From NCBI GenBank assembly GCA_965215505.1, contig OZ244065.1, forward strand, positions 4,256,001-4,320,000: 64,000 bases of DNA, given 5' to 3'. Below are positions 30,449 to 39,689 of this stretch, in pieces. The notes beneath the pieces are model-generated. The model did no database searches. It saw nothing but the letters and a program-made list of their open reading frames with translations, and had not been told where the DNA came from. Each line of letters opens with the position of its first letter. Position 1 is the first letter of the stretch. A program made the position numbers and the translations under genes. The DNA comes from Capsulimonadaceae bacterium (GTDB lineage: Bacteria > Armatimonadota > Armatimonadia > Armatimonadales > Capsulimonadaceae).

Positions 30449-31045
30449 CTACATGTTCTTGCCGCTCATATCGGTGGGCATGAGGGCAGGCTTGAGCTTG
30501 GGCATCATGGTCGAGTGGACGCCGAGGTTGGAGCCGACCTGAAAGATCATCTTGGTGTGGTCCTCGATGTTCGGCAGGTTCTTGGCGGCGAACGCGGTCA
30601 CGTCCTTGTCCTGTCCGGTGGCGATCTCCGTCTGGAACAGCTTCACGGTGTCGGCGTGGGCCGCCTCCTGCGACGCCATGTAGGCCTTGTCGAAGGCCTT
30701 GCCGGAGAGGCCCGACAGCTTGGCAATAATTGCCTTGTGCTTGGGGTCGGTGTCCGAGGGCAACGCAATGCCCTTGTCCTGGGCGACGGTCTTCAACTCG
30801 GCATTAGCCGCCGAATGCTCCTTGACCATGCGCTTGGCGACCATCATCACCTGCTTGTTCTGGGTCTTGTTCAAAGCCATTGAACTGGACTTGACCTCAA
30901 AAATGCCGCCCTGGGCAGCCTTCATGGAGAACAGCTTGTCCATGCCCGCCGGGGCGGGATCTTTCTTCGTGGTCGTCTGCGCCGAGGCGGCACCCGCCAG
31001 CGCCATTCCTGCGGCGGCAAGAGCCGCCATCTTCTTGTTAATCAC
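30449..31045 (-). CDS. Secreted DUF4142 (ferritin-like) protein
   Basis: Signal peptide; AAQGGIFEV, AKRMVKEH, LSGKAFDKAYM, LPNIEDH. Confidence 0.85.
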   Translation of the reverse strand: MINKKMAALAAAGMALAGAASAQTTTKKDPAPAGMDKLFSMKAAQGGIFEVKSSSMALNKTQNKQVMMVAKRMVKEHSAANAELKTVAQDKGIALPSDTDPKHKAIIAKLSGLSGKAFDKAYMASQEAAHADTVKLFQTEIATGQDKDVTAFAAKNLPNIEDHTKMIFQVGSNLGVHSTMMPKLKPALMPTDMSGKNM

Positions 31046-31098
31046 GGTTATGAACCCTGACCTTCCTAAGTGTTGTCTTGTGTTTTCTACCGTGAATT

Positions 31099-31124
31099 TT
31101 ACCGTTTCCGGCCCCCGGTTAAAC
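31099..31124 (-). promoter_or_regulatory. SigB/SigF-like promoter GTTT-N16-CGGTAA
   Basis: Minus strand GTTTAACCGGGGGCCGGAAACGGTAA; same spacing as the 32027-32052 copy. Confidence 0.55.
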
Positions 31125-31183
31125 ATGGCAGACACAAAAACAGCCGGCGGCAGATTCCCTGCCGCCGGCTGAAATGGAAGGAG

Positions 31184-31957
31184 TTACTGGGCCGGCGTCG
31201 GGGCGGGCGTCGTCCCGGCACCCATCCCCGTACCCGTCGCCGCCCCGCCGGCCGTGCCGGTCGCGGTGCCGCCGGTTGTGGTGCCGCCGGTCGTGGTGCC
31301 GCCGGTCGTGGCCGCCCCGCCCATCGAGGCGTCCGGCGACATGGCCATGCCCGCCATCGGCGGGGTGGACGGGCGGAACTTCATCGCCATCACGCCGACG
31401 CCCGAGGCCGCGCCGTAGATCATGGCCGTGTGGCCCACGATGCTCGGCAGGTACTTGGTCGCGTAGGCCTTCACGTCCGGGTCCTGCCCGGACGCGATCT
31501 CCTGCTGGAACAGGGCGATCGTGTTCTCGTGGTCATCCACCTGCGCGCCCATGTACATCTGGTCGAACTTGGTGCCGGACGTCTTGGCGAGTGCCGCGCT
31601 GACGACCTGGTGGGTCGGGCCGACGGTCGGCGGCAGTGTCACGCCCTTCTGCTGCGCGAGCTGCGTCAGATCGGTCTGGGCCTGTCCGTGTTCCTGAATC
31701 ATCCGCTGCGCGACCTGCTTGACCTCGCCGTTGCCGGCCTTCTTGAGTGCCATCTGGCTGGTCATCACCTCGGCCATGTTGCCGTCGGCGGCCCGGACGA
31801 CGAACAGCTTGTCCGCCGCGCTCAGAGTCCCGCCCGTGCTGCTCATCGTTCCCGCCGTGCCGGCCGCTGCCGTGCCCGTGGTGTCCTGCGCGAAGCCCGG
31901 CAGCGCGAGACCCGCCAGGGCCGCCGCCGCCAGCAGAGTTGTGGTGGTATTTCTCAT
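31184..31957 (-). CDS. Secreted DUF4142 protein with Thr/Gly-rich tail
   Basis: Signal peptide; AADGNMAEV, AQRMIQEH, SGTKFDQMYM, LPSIVGH. Confidence 0.85.
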   Translation of the reverse strand: MRNTTTTLLAAAALAGLALPGFAQDTTGTAAAGTAGTMSSTGGTLSAADKLFVVRAADGNMAEVMTSQMALKKAGNGEVKQVAQRMIQEHGQAQTDLTQLAQQKGVTLPPTVGPTHQVVSAALAKTSGTKFDQMYMGAQVDDHENTIALFQQEIASGQDPDVKAYATKYLPSIVGHTAMIYGAASGVGVMAMKFRPSTPPMAGMAMSPDASMGGAATTGGTTTGGTTTGGTATGTAGGAATGTGMGAGTTPAPTPAQ

Positions 31958-32026
31958 CGTGTTGCTTCTTTCTAGGGTGCGCCCGAGGCGGAAGAAAAAA
32001 CCGATGTTTTCCGCCTCTCCTCTAAA

Positions 32027-32052
32027 ATACCGTGGCAAAAATCGGCACAAAC
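32027..32052 (-). promoter_or_regulatory. SigB/SigF-like promoter GTTT-N16-CGGTAT
   Basis: Minus strand GTTTGTGCCGATTTTTGCCACGGTAT. Confidence 0.55.
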
Positions 32053-32145
32053 GCAGGGGGCATCAACATACTTTAACATTCTTTCCCCTGTGGTTTTTGC
32101 CGCGCCGGGCCGACAATCAGTACCAGAATTGCGGAGGAGAAACCG

Positions 32146-33087
32146 ATGCGCCTTGTGACACGGTCCGATTTTGATGGCCTGATCTGTGCGGTCCTGTTGA
32201 AGCAGGTCGAGACGATTGACACGATCCAGTTCGTCCACCCGAAAGACTTGCAGGACGGCAAGTTTGAGGTGACCGAGGACGACATCCTGACCAACGTCCC
32301 CTACGTCCCCGGCTGCGGCCTGTGGTTCGACCACCACGCCACCGAGGTCGAGCGCGTGGTCGGCAAGATAGACTTCCGGGGCGGGGACTGCCGGGTCGCC
32401 CCGAGCGCCGCCCGCGTGGTCTACGACTACTACGGCGGGGCGGCCCGCTTCCCCGGCATCGAGGAGATGATGGCCGAGGTGGACAAGGCCGACTCGGCGC
32501 AGTTCAGCGCCGACGACATCCTGCACCCCCAGGGCTGGCCCCTGCTGTCGTTCCTGATGGACGCCCGGACGGGCCTGGGCCGTTTCCGTGACTACCGCAT
32601 CTCCAACTACCAACTGATGTACGACCTCATTGATGCGTGTCAGACCATGACCATCACCGAAATCCTGGCCCTGCCCGATGTCCGGGAGCGCGTCGTCCGC
32701 TACTTCGAGCAGGACGCCCTGTTCCGAAGAATGCTCGCCGACCACTCGTGGACGCAGGGCAATGTGGTCGTCACGGACCTGCGCGGAGTCGAGACGATCC
32801 CCTGCGGCAACCGCTTCCTGGTCTACGCCACCTTCCCCGAGGCGAACACCTCCGTCTGGATCGTCAACGGCTTCCAGGGGAAGAACTGCGTCTTCGCCTG
32901 TGGCCACTCCATCCTGAACCGCACCTCCCGCACCCACATCGGTTCCCTCATGCGCCGCTTCGGCGGCGGCGGCCACGAGGCCGCCGGCACCTGTCAGGTC
33001 CCCCACGAGGAGGCCGAAGAAACCCTGAAGGAACTGGTGGCGGCGATGAACCGCGACGAATCCGTCGTCCTGGCGCTGGCGGCGTGA
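32146..33087 (+). CDS. DHH/DHHA1 phosphoesterase (exopolyphosphatase-like / nanoRNase-like)
   Basis: RLVTRSDFDGL, FDHH, GGGGHEAAG. Confidence 0.85.
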   Translation: MRLVTRSDFDGLICAVLLKQVETIDTIQFVHPKDLQDGKFEVTEDDILTNVPYVPGCGLWFDHHATEVERVVGKIDFRGGDCRVAPSAARVVYDYYGGAARFPGIEEMMAEVDKADSAQFSADDILHPQGWPLLSFLMDARTGLGRFRDYRISNYQLMYDLIDACQTMTITEILALPDVRERVVRYFEQDALFRRMLADHSWTQGNVVVTDLRGVETIPCGNRFLVYATFPEANTSVWIVNGFQGKNCVFACGHSILNRTSRTHIGSLMRRFGGGGHEAAGTCQVPHEEAEETLKELVAAMNRDESVVLALAA

Positions 33088-33200
33088 CCTAATCCCGGCC
33101 CGAGCGCCGACCCTTCCCCAACAGGGAAGGGTCGGTCGGGCGCAGTTGCTCCGCGCTCGCGCCGGGGTTAGGTTCCCCCCTCCGGTGGTAGCATGACTCC

Positions 33201-33935
33201 ATGCCCGCCAAGCCCATAGCCCCCAGCCCCGAACTCATCCAAAAAGCCCTACTCGTTCACGACCGGCTGTGCGCCGAGTACGGCTGCCCCATCGCCTACT
33301 TCCACGACCTGGACCCCCTGAGCGAGCTGGTTTCGTCCCTGCTCTCGCACCGCACCAAGAACGCGGATTCGCATCGCGCCTTCCAGAACCTCCGAGCGCA
33401 GTTCCCCGACTGGGCCGCCGTGCGGGACGCGCCGACCGAGGCCGTGGAGGCCGCCCTGGCCCCCTGTACCTGGCCGGAGCAGAAGGCGCCGCGCGTCCAG
33501 GAAATCCTGCGGCGGATCGCGGACGAGCGCGGCGAACTGTCGCTGGACTTCCTGGAAAGCCTGCCCGTGCCCGAGGCCCGCGCCTGGATGGAGCGCCTGC
33601 CCGGCGTCGGCCCCAAGACCAGCGCCGCCGTCCTGGCCTTCAGCCGCCTCCGGGGCCGCGCCCTGCCCGTGGACAGCCACCACCACCGCGTCGCCGCCCG
33701 GCTCGGCCTGATCGGGCCGAAGGTGGACGTCGGCCCGTCCCACGCCCTCCTCGAAGAACAACTCCCCCCCGGATGGACCGCGCAGCAGGTCTACGACAAC
33801 CACGAAGCCCTGATGCTGCACGGCCAGCGCTGCTGCTTCTTCCAAAACCCCGCCTGCGGGCGCTGCGTCGTTCTCGACCTCTGCCCGTTCGGGCAGGCGC
33901 GCGTCGGGCGCGTCAGGCTGGACGCAAGGGGGTAG
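33201..33935 (+). CDS. Endonuclease III-like HhH-GPD glycosylase with 4Fe-4S cluster
   Basis: LPGVGPKTS, PVDSH, C-X6-C-X2-C-X5-C. Confidence 0.9.
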   Translation: MPAKPIAPSPELIQKALLVHDRLCAEYGCPIAYFHDLDPLSELVSSLLSHRTKNADSHRAFQNLRAQFPDWAAVRDAPTEAVEAALAPCTWPEQKAPRVQEILRRIADERGELSLDFLESLPVPEARAWMERLPGVGPKTSAAVLAFSRLRGRALPVDSHHHRVAARLGLIGPKVDVGPSHALLEEQLPPGWTAQQVYDNHEALMLHGQRCCFFQNPACGRCVVLDLCPFGQARVGRVRLDARG

Positions 33936-33983
33936 GGGACCAGGATGATGCGGGTATAACCTCGGCATAGAAAGCTGGTTCTC

Positions 33984-34925
33984 ATGCCCGAAGGTCCCGA
34001 AGTCCGACGCCACGCCGACGCCCTGGCGGCGGCATTGACCCCCCATCCACTCGTCTCCCTCACCGCCCGCACCAAGGCCGCCCGCGCCTGGCTGGCCGAG
34101 CGCCCCGGCCTGCTGGAAGGCCGGCGCATTGAAAGCGTCCGGTCGCGCGGCAAGAACCTGGTCGGGCGGATCGAGGGCGGCTACTACTTCTACTCGCACC
34201 TGATGATGTGGGGCCACTGGCACGTCTTCGCGGGCGACGCCGCCCCCGAAGCCGACCGCCGGGAGCGCGCCCGGATCGTCGTCCCCGAGGCCGCCGCCGT
34301 GCTGCTCTCCGCCCCCGTGTTCGAGGTCGGGGAGGGCGACCCCATGCAGGAAGTCGAGTTCCTGCGCCTTTTGGGGCCGGACACGCTGCCCTATCCCGGC
34401 GAGGGCGCTTTTGACGCCGCCTGCTTTCAGGCCCGCCTGCTGATGCCGTCGCACCGGTCGCGGACGATCGGGGCGGCCCTGCTCGACCAGACCATTTTGG
34501 CGGGCATTGGCAACTACCTCCGGGCTGAGATCCTGTTCGCCTGCCGCATGGACCCCTGGCGTCTGGTCGGGGACCTGACACCCGATGACCTGGACTGCCT
34601 GAGCGGGACCATCCCCGCCGTCGTTGCCCGCGCCTACTCGACCGGAGGCGTCACCGTCCCCGACGAAGCCCAGGCGCGGATGCGGGCCGAGCCGGGCCTG
34701 ACCTACAACCCGGACAGCGAGTGGGGGACGCGGCACTGGGTCTTCCGCCGGACGAACCTCCCGTGCCTTGTCTGCGGCGGGCCGATCCGCCAGAAGCGGC
34801 AGATGACGCGGCAGGACGAGGACGGCGAGAAGGAACGCATCACCTACTTCTGCCCCGTCTGCCAGGGAACCAGTGTGCCGCTGTCGCCCTTCAAGGCCAA
34901 GAAGAAGGCGGAGGCCCCGGCATGA
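33984..34925 (+). CDS. Fpg/Nei-family DNA glycosylase
   Basis: N-terminal PEGPE, RGKNL, HLMMWG, AGIGNYLRAE, C-terminal CxxC...CxxCQ zinc finger. Confidence 0.92.
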   Translation: MPEGPEVRRHADALAAALTPHPLVSLTARTKAARAWLAERPGLLEGRRIESVRSRGKNLVGRIEGGYYFYSHLMMWGHWHVFAGDAAPEADRRERARIVVPEAAAVLLSAPVFEVGEGDPMQEVEFLRLLGPDTLPYPGEGAFDAACFQARLLMPSHRSRTIGAALLDQTILAGIGNYLRAEILFACRMDPWRLVGDLTPDDLDCLSGTIPAVVARAYSTGGVTVPDEAQARMRAEPGLTYNPDSEWGTRHWVFRRTNLPCLVCGGPIRQKRQMTRQDEDGEKERITYFCPVCQGTSVPLSPFKAKKKAEAPA

Positions 34926-36652
34926 ACCCTTCCGCTTTCCTCCACTTTGCCGAGACTGCGGAGTCGGTCGGCGCGACCACCAAGCGGCTCGAAAAGGCCG
35001 CCATCCTGGGCCTCTACTTCGCCGCCCTCCCCGATGACGACCTGCGCCATGCCGCCCGCTACTTCGCCGGGTACACCTTCCCGCTGCGCGACCAGCGGAC
35101 CACGAACGTCGGCGGCGCGGCCCTGCTTGCCGCGATCATCGCCGTCACGGGCGCGGACGAAACGCACGTCCGCGAGCGCCTGGTCGCCTTAGGCGATGCG
35201 GGCGACGTGGCGCATGAAGCCTTCGCCGCCTCGCCACAGGTCGCCCTTGTCCCTGTCCTGACCATCCCCCAGATCGCCGCGTTCCTGGAGACACTGTCGG
35301 CGACGGCGGGTACGAAGCGCAAGGTGGAACTAGTGACGGGCCTGCTGCGCGAGGCCTCCCCCTTGGAGGCCAAATACGTCGTCAAGTTGCTGGGCGGCGA
35401 CCTGCGGATCGGGCTGAAAGAGGGCGCGGTGGAGGACGCCGTTGCCCGCCTCGCCGCCGTCACCGTCGGCCAAGTCCAGTGGGTCAATATGCTGGAAGGC
35501 GACATCGGCGAGACGGCCCTGCTGGCCCGGCAGGGGCGGCTGGGTGAGGCACGGATGCGCCTGTTCCACCCCCTGAAGTTCATGCTGGCGACGCCCGCCG
35601 CAGACCTCGCCGATGTCGCCCGGCAGATGCCGATCCCTTTCGTCGTGGAAGACAAGTTCGACGGCATCCGCGCCCAGGCCCACATCGCCCCGCACATCCA
35701 GGGCGACGGCATCCTGCACGGCGTCGCCCACGAAGGCCGCCGCGTCGCCCTCTTCTCGCGGACTTTGGACGAGATCACCGAGAGCTTCCCCGACCTGGTC
35801 GCGCCGCTGGCCGCCCTGCTCCCCGACTCGGCTTCCGCCTCGGGCCTCATCCTCGACGGCGAGATCATCCCCGTCTTGGGCGACCTGACCCTGCCCTTCC
35901 TTCAACTCCAAAAGCGCCTGGGCCGCAAGACGCTGACCGACGCCCTTCGGGCCGAGGTGCCCGTCGCCTTCGTCCCCTATGACGTGCTGTATGCCGAAGG
36001 TCGGGTGCTGATCGAGGAGCCGTTTTCCGCCCGCCGGGCCATCCTGGAAACGCTGCCCGCCGACGGCATCGGGGTACGCCGGGCCGGCTCCGAGCTGTTC
36101 ACCGAGACTGCCGCGCTGGACGCTGCCTTTGACGCCGCCCGCGCGCGCGGCAACGAGGGCCTGATGGTCAAAGACCCCGCCTCGCCTTACAAGCCGGGCC
36201 GGCGCGGGCGGGACTGGCTCAAAATAAAACGCGCCTTGGCGACGCTGGACGTGGTCATCACGGCGGCTCAGGTGGGCGAAGGACGGCGCAGCAGGTTCCT
36301 GTCGGATTACACCTTCGCCGTCCGCGCGAGCGAAACCGACCCGACTCTGCTGAACGTCGGCAAGGCCTACTCGGGCCTGACCGATGTGGAGACGCAGGAG
36401 CTTTCCGACTGGTGCCGCGCCCACACCTTGCAGGAGTTCGCCCACGGCAAGGTGCGGACCGTTGAGCCTTTGGTCGTGCTGGAGATCACCTTCGACCGCG
36501 TCCAGGCGTCCGCCCGTCACAAGAGCGGCTACGCCCTGCGCTTCCCGCGCATCCTACGCCGCCGCCCCGACAAGCCCGCCGCCGAGGTAGACACACTGGA
36601 AACGGTCCGGCGGCTGGCCGAGGCCGAAGGAGGCACGGCCGATGACGCTTGA
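34922..36652 (+). CDS. ATP-dependent DNA ligase (LigB-like, with N-terminal DNA-binding domain)
   Basis: EDKFDGIR, LDGEI, YDVL, EGLMVK, WLKIK, ALRFPRI. Confidence 0.93.
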   Translation: MNPSAFLHFAETAESVGATTKRLEKAAILGLYFAALPDDDLRHAARYFAGYTFPLRDQRTTNVGGAALLAAIIAVTGADETHVRERLVALGDAGDVAHEAFAASPQVALVPVLTIPQIAAFLETLSATAGTKRKVELVTGLLREASPLEAKYVVKLLGGDLRIGLKEGAVEDAVARLAAVTVGQVQWVNMLEGDIGETALLARQGRLGEARMRLFHPLKFMLATPAADLADVARQMPIPFVVEDKFDGIRAQAHIAPHIQGDGILHGVAHEGRRVALFSRTLDEITESFPDLVAPLAALLPDSASASGLILDGEIIPVLGDLTLPFLQLQKRLGRKTLTDALRAEVPVAFVPYDVLYAEGRVLIEEPFSARRAILETLPADGIGVRRAGSELFTETAALDAAFDAARARGNEGLMVKDPASPYKPGRRGRDWLKIKRALATLDVVITAAQVGEGRRSRFLSDYTFAVRASETDPTLLNVGKAYSGLTDVETQELSDWCRAHTLQEFAHGKVRTVEPLVVLEITFDRVQASARHKSGYALRFPRILRRRPDKPAAEVDTLETVRRLAEAEGGTADDA

Positions 36653-37730
36653 CCCCATTCCCGACCCGACACCCGATCTGTCAACCGCCCGCGCGGCTTT
36701 CCAGGCCTTCGTCGAGCCGATCCCGCGCGACGCCGCCGTCGCCGCCCTGCACGACTCGGACGCCGACGGGCTGGCGGCGGGCGTCCTCTGGCAGCGCGGC
36801 CTGGAACGGCTGGGCTTCTCGAACATCCACCGCCTCCTGCCGGACCGCCAGCGCAGCGCGTGGAGCGAGGGCAACCGCGAGACAATCAAGGCTGCAAACC
36901 CGGACCGGCTGTTCGTCCTGGACCTGGGCAGCCAGCCCGAGCCGGTCCTGCCCGGCGTCCTGACCTGCTTCGTGGACCACCACCGGCCCGGCGGCGTCCC
37001 TGACGGCGACACCCTGGTCAGCGCCTACGCTTGGGACCCCATCCCGACCACCGCGCTGTTGACCTGGGAGCTGCTGGCCGGACTGACCGACGTGGCCGAC
37101 CTGGACTGGGTCGCCGCCATCGGGCTGATGGGGGACCTCGGCGATGCGGCCCCGTTCCCGATGCTGGCCGAGGCCAAGAAGCGCTACACCGCCAAGTATC
37201 TGAAAGAGGCCGTCGCCCTGCTCAACGCCGCCCGCCGGGCCGCCCGCTACGACCCCGAGGCGGCGGCCCGTGCCCTGCTCGCCCATGCCGACCCGCGCGA
37301 ACTGGTCAGTTCGTTGAGCGCCGACGTGCAGGCACTGCGCGCGGCCCGTGAGGAGGTCAAGGCGGCCATGGAAGAAGCTAAGAAAGCCGCGCCCGTCTTC
37401 AGCGGGCAAGTGGCACTCATCCGCGCCTCGTCCCCCTGCCAGATCCACCCGCTCGTCGCCCAGATCTGGCGGACACGCCTGCCCAAGTTCATCGTCCTCG
37501 CCGCGAACGACGCCTACCTGCCGGGCCGCGTCAACTTCTCCGCCCGCGCCGCTCGGGGTGTGAACGTCTTGGAGTTCCTGCGCTCCGTCCCGCTCCCGCC
37601 CGGCGAAGGCAATTTCGGCCAGGGCCACGACCAGGCCTCGGGCGGCAGCCTGCCCATCGCCCGCTGGAACGCGCTGCTGGCCGCGCTCGGCTTCGCAGCC
37701 GACGTGTTCGCGCCGGAGAACGCGGGTTGA
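36642..37730 (+). CDS. DHH-family phosphoesterase (short RecJ-like)
   Basis: HDSDADG, VLDLG, VDHH, GQGHDQASGG. Confidence 0.8.
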   Translation: MTLDPIPDPTPDLSTARAAFQAFVEPIPRDAAVAALHDSDADGLAAGVLWQRGLERLGFSNIHRLLPDRQRSAWSEGNRETIKAANPDRLFVLDLGSQPEPVLPGVLTCFVDHHRPGGVPDGDTLVSAYAWDPIPTTALLTWELLAGLTDVADLDWVAAIGLMGDLGDAAPFPMLAEAKKRYTAKYLKEAVALLNAARRAARYDPEAAARALLAHADPRELVSSLSADVQALRAAREEVKAAMEEAKKAAPVFSGQVALIRASSPCQIHPLVAQIWRTRLPKFIVLAANDAYLPGRVNFSARAARGVNVLEFLRSVPLPPGEGNFGQGHDQASGGSLPIARWNALLAALGFAADVFAPENAG

Positions 37731-37731
37731 G

Positions 37732-37949
37732 GTCGCCACGGGTTGAAACCCGAGGCACCGAAGTCCCCAGCGTCCAGGGGACGCAAGACTATAGGATTCA
37801 GAACGATGTCGTGTAGGGGCGGGGTCCCCCCGCCCTCCTATATTCCTTGCCCTCCTGTATTCCTTGCCGCCCTATCCCCGCCATGTCCTCATCCTAACGT
37901 CGCTTTGACGGTGGGCTTTTCGGTGCCTCGGGTTTCAACCCGTGGCGAC
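37732..37949. repeat. REPIN-like element with 30-bp terminal inverted repeats and internal GTAG-REP
   Basis: GTCGCCACGGGTTGAAACCCGAGGCACCGA and its reverse complement at 37920-37949; internal GTAGGGGCGGGGTCCCCCCGCCCT. Confidence 0.75.
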
Positions 37950-37983
37950 TCTCAACACCCTACCGGCAGGGTACAATCATCCC

Positions 37984-38685
37984 ATGAGCATACAGGCACA
38001 GCCCGTGCAGCCGTCGGATCGGCTCGGCATGACCGAGGAGCAGTGGGCGCAGTGGCAGGCTTACACGCGCGGCTTCGGGGAGCAGGATGAGAATGGCGTG
38101 GACGTCTCCCTGTTGCGCCGGAACCTGCGCCTCTCGCCCTGGGAGCGGCTGGAAAAGATGGAGCGCGAACTCGCGTTTTTCAAGGAGGACACTATGAGAC
38201 CGGATAACGACTTTCAGCGGATCATCGTGGCGCTGGACGCCAGCGGCCTGCGGTTCGTGATCATCGGCGGGATCGCCATGCGCCTGCAAGGGGCATCGCA
38301 CATCACGGACGACATCGATTTCGCGTTCGCCCGCGACCCGCAAAGCCTGGGAGCCTTGGTGAGCGCCCTCGCGCCCTACCACCCGCGCCTGCGCGGTGCG
38401 CCCGCCGGGCTGCCGTTCTTCTGGGACCTGCGGACCCTCCAGACATCGGTCAACATGACTTTGGAAACGGACGCCGGTTCCGTGGACCTCGTAGGCGAGC
38501 CTGACGGCGTCGTCTCCTTCGAGGACCTCTGGGAAGGGGCGACGGTTATAGAGCGTCAGGGCGTTCAAGTCCGGGTGGCCTCTGTGGAGGCTTTGATCGC
38601 GATGAAGCGCGCCGCCGGTCGGCCCAAAGATTACGGGCATTTGCTGGAACTGGAACGTCTGCTTAAAGTCAACTCGGGGGAGTAG
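37984..38685 (+). CDS. Nucleotidyltransferase (Pol-beta superfamily) with fused N-terminal small partner domain
   Basis: GVDVSLLRRNLRLSPWERL N-part; internal SD AAGGAGG + ATG 38194; IIGGIA...TDDIDF...LIAMKRAAGRPKD. Confidence 0.75.
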   Translation: MSIQAQPVQPSDRLGMTEEQWAQWQAYTRGFGEQDENGVDVSLLRRNLRLSPWERLEKMERELAFFKEDTMRPDNDFQRIIVALDASGLRFVIIGGIAMRLQGASHITDDIDFAFARDPQSLGALVSALAPYHPRLRGAPAGLPFFWDLRTLQTSVNMTLETDAGSVDLVGEPDGVVSFEDLWEGATVIERQGVQVRVASVEALIAMKRAAGRPKDYGHLLELERLLKVNSGE

Positions 38686-38787
38686 TGACTCTGTTGCCTT
38701 CCCTGCGGCGTTTCAGGAACGCCAGTGATGTTCTGGAAGGAGGGCGTTTAATCAATATGTACCTATTGTGCGGAGGCGGGAGGCATC

Positions 38788-39018
38788 TTGATGAGATTAG
38801 GGGCTGGTTCTGGTGCGTCCAGTTTGGCCTACGGGCTGGCATTGTGGACGGCTGTTCCTATCGTGATGATAGTCGGTGCCGTGCTTGATCGTATCCTGCG
38901 GAAGAAGGGGCGATTGTACCTGCTGCCCCGAATACTGTGGCCTGCATTCGCGCTCTTAGTGTTTCTGTTCTTGTTTATCTACTCGCGTCACTACAATGCT
39001 ATGGTGATCGCCCATTGA
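38788..39018 (+). CDS. Small two-TM hypothetical membrane protein
   Basis: Two hydrophobic segments, lower GC, GGAGG upstream. Confidence 0.4.
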   Translation: MMRLGAGSGASSLAYGLALWTAVPIVMIVGAVLDRILRKKGRLYLLPRILWPAFALLVFLFLFIYSRHYNAMVIAH

Positions 39019-39173
39019 GCGCACTATGATGGGAGTTGGAGCGTGCAGAGGGGCGGCGTGTGAGAGGGTGCATTGGCCTGTCTGACCTTCGAGGCATTAT
39101 ACCGCCAGGCTGACAAGATCGCCCGGCAATAACGGTTTTGTGTCTGGTATAATAGCCGCATCAAGGGGACCCC

Positions 39174-39623
39174 ATGTGCCGAATACTCGTTGTGGATGAT
39201 GAAGAGGAAGTGCGCGAGGCCGTGCAGCGGCGGCTCGTCCGCGAGGGATACCGCGTCGAGACCGCGCCGGGTGAGGCGGCGGGGATTGAGAAGATGCACC
39301 ACGCCGAGCGGGCCTATGACATCGTCATCACCGACATGAGCATGGAGGATTCGGGGTCCGGCATACGCATCCTGGAGAACGCCGTCTCGCGCGACGTCTT
39401 CACCGAGGTCATCGTGCTGACCGCCTACGGCAATGTCGCCAACGCCGTCGAGTGCATGAAGCGCGGCGCCTTCGACTACGTCGAGAAGAACATGCCCGGC
39501 GTGGACGTCTTCGAGCTGCTGTGCCTCAAAGTGGCGCAGGCCGTCGAGCGACGCCGGGGGGCCGTGGACACCGTCCGACGGCTCGAAGCGTTCACCAAAA
39601 GCCGGGGCGGGCTTGACCTCTAA
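39174..39623 (+). CDS. Single-domain response regulator (REC)
   Basis: ILVVDDE, ITDMSM, LTAYG, GAFDYVEK. Confidence 0.9.
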   Translation: MCRILVVDDEEEVREAVQRRLVREGYRVETAPGEAAGIEKMHHAERAYDIVITDMSMEDSGSGIRILENAVSRDVFTEVIVLTAYGNVANAVECMKRGAFDYVEKNMPGVDVFELLCLKVAQAVERRRGAVDTVRRLEAFTKSRGGLDL

Positions 39624-39689
39624 AGCATCCATGAAGCACTCGGGCGGGGCTGATGTTTGGCCTCCTTCAGATGGGGAGAAGAAGGCAGC

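Noticed and set aside
31250-31320. 15-bp repeats in the DUF4142 gene
   Set aside because: Low-complexity TTGGT coding linker.
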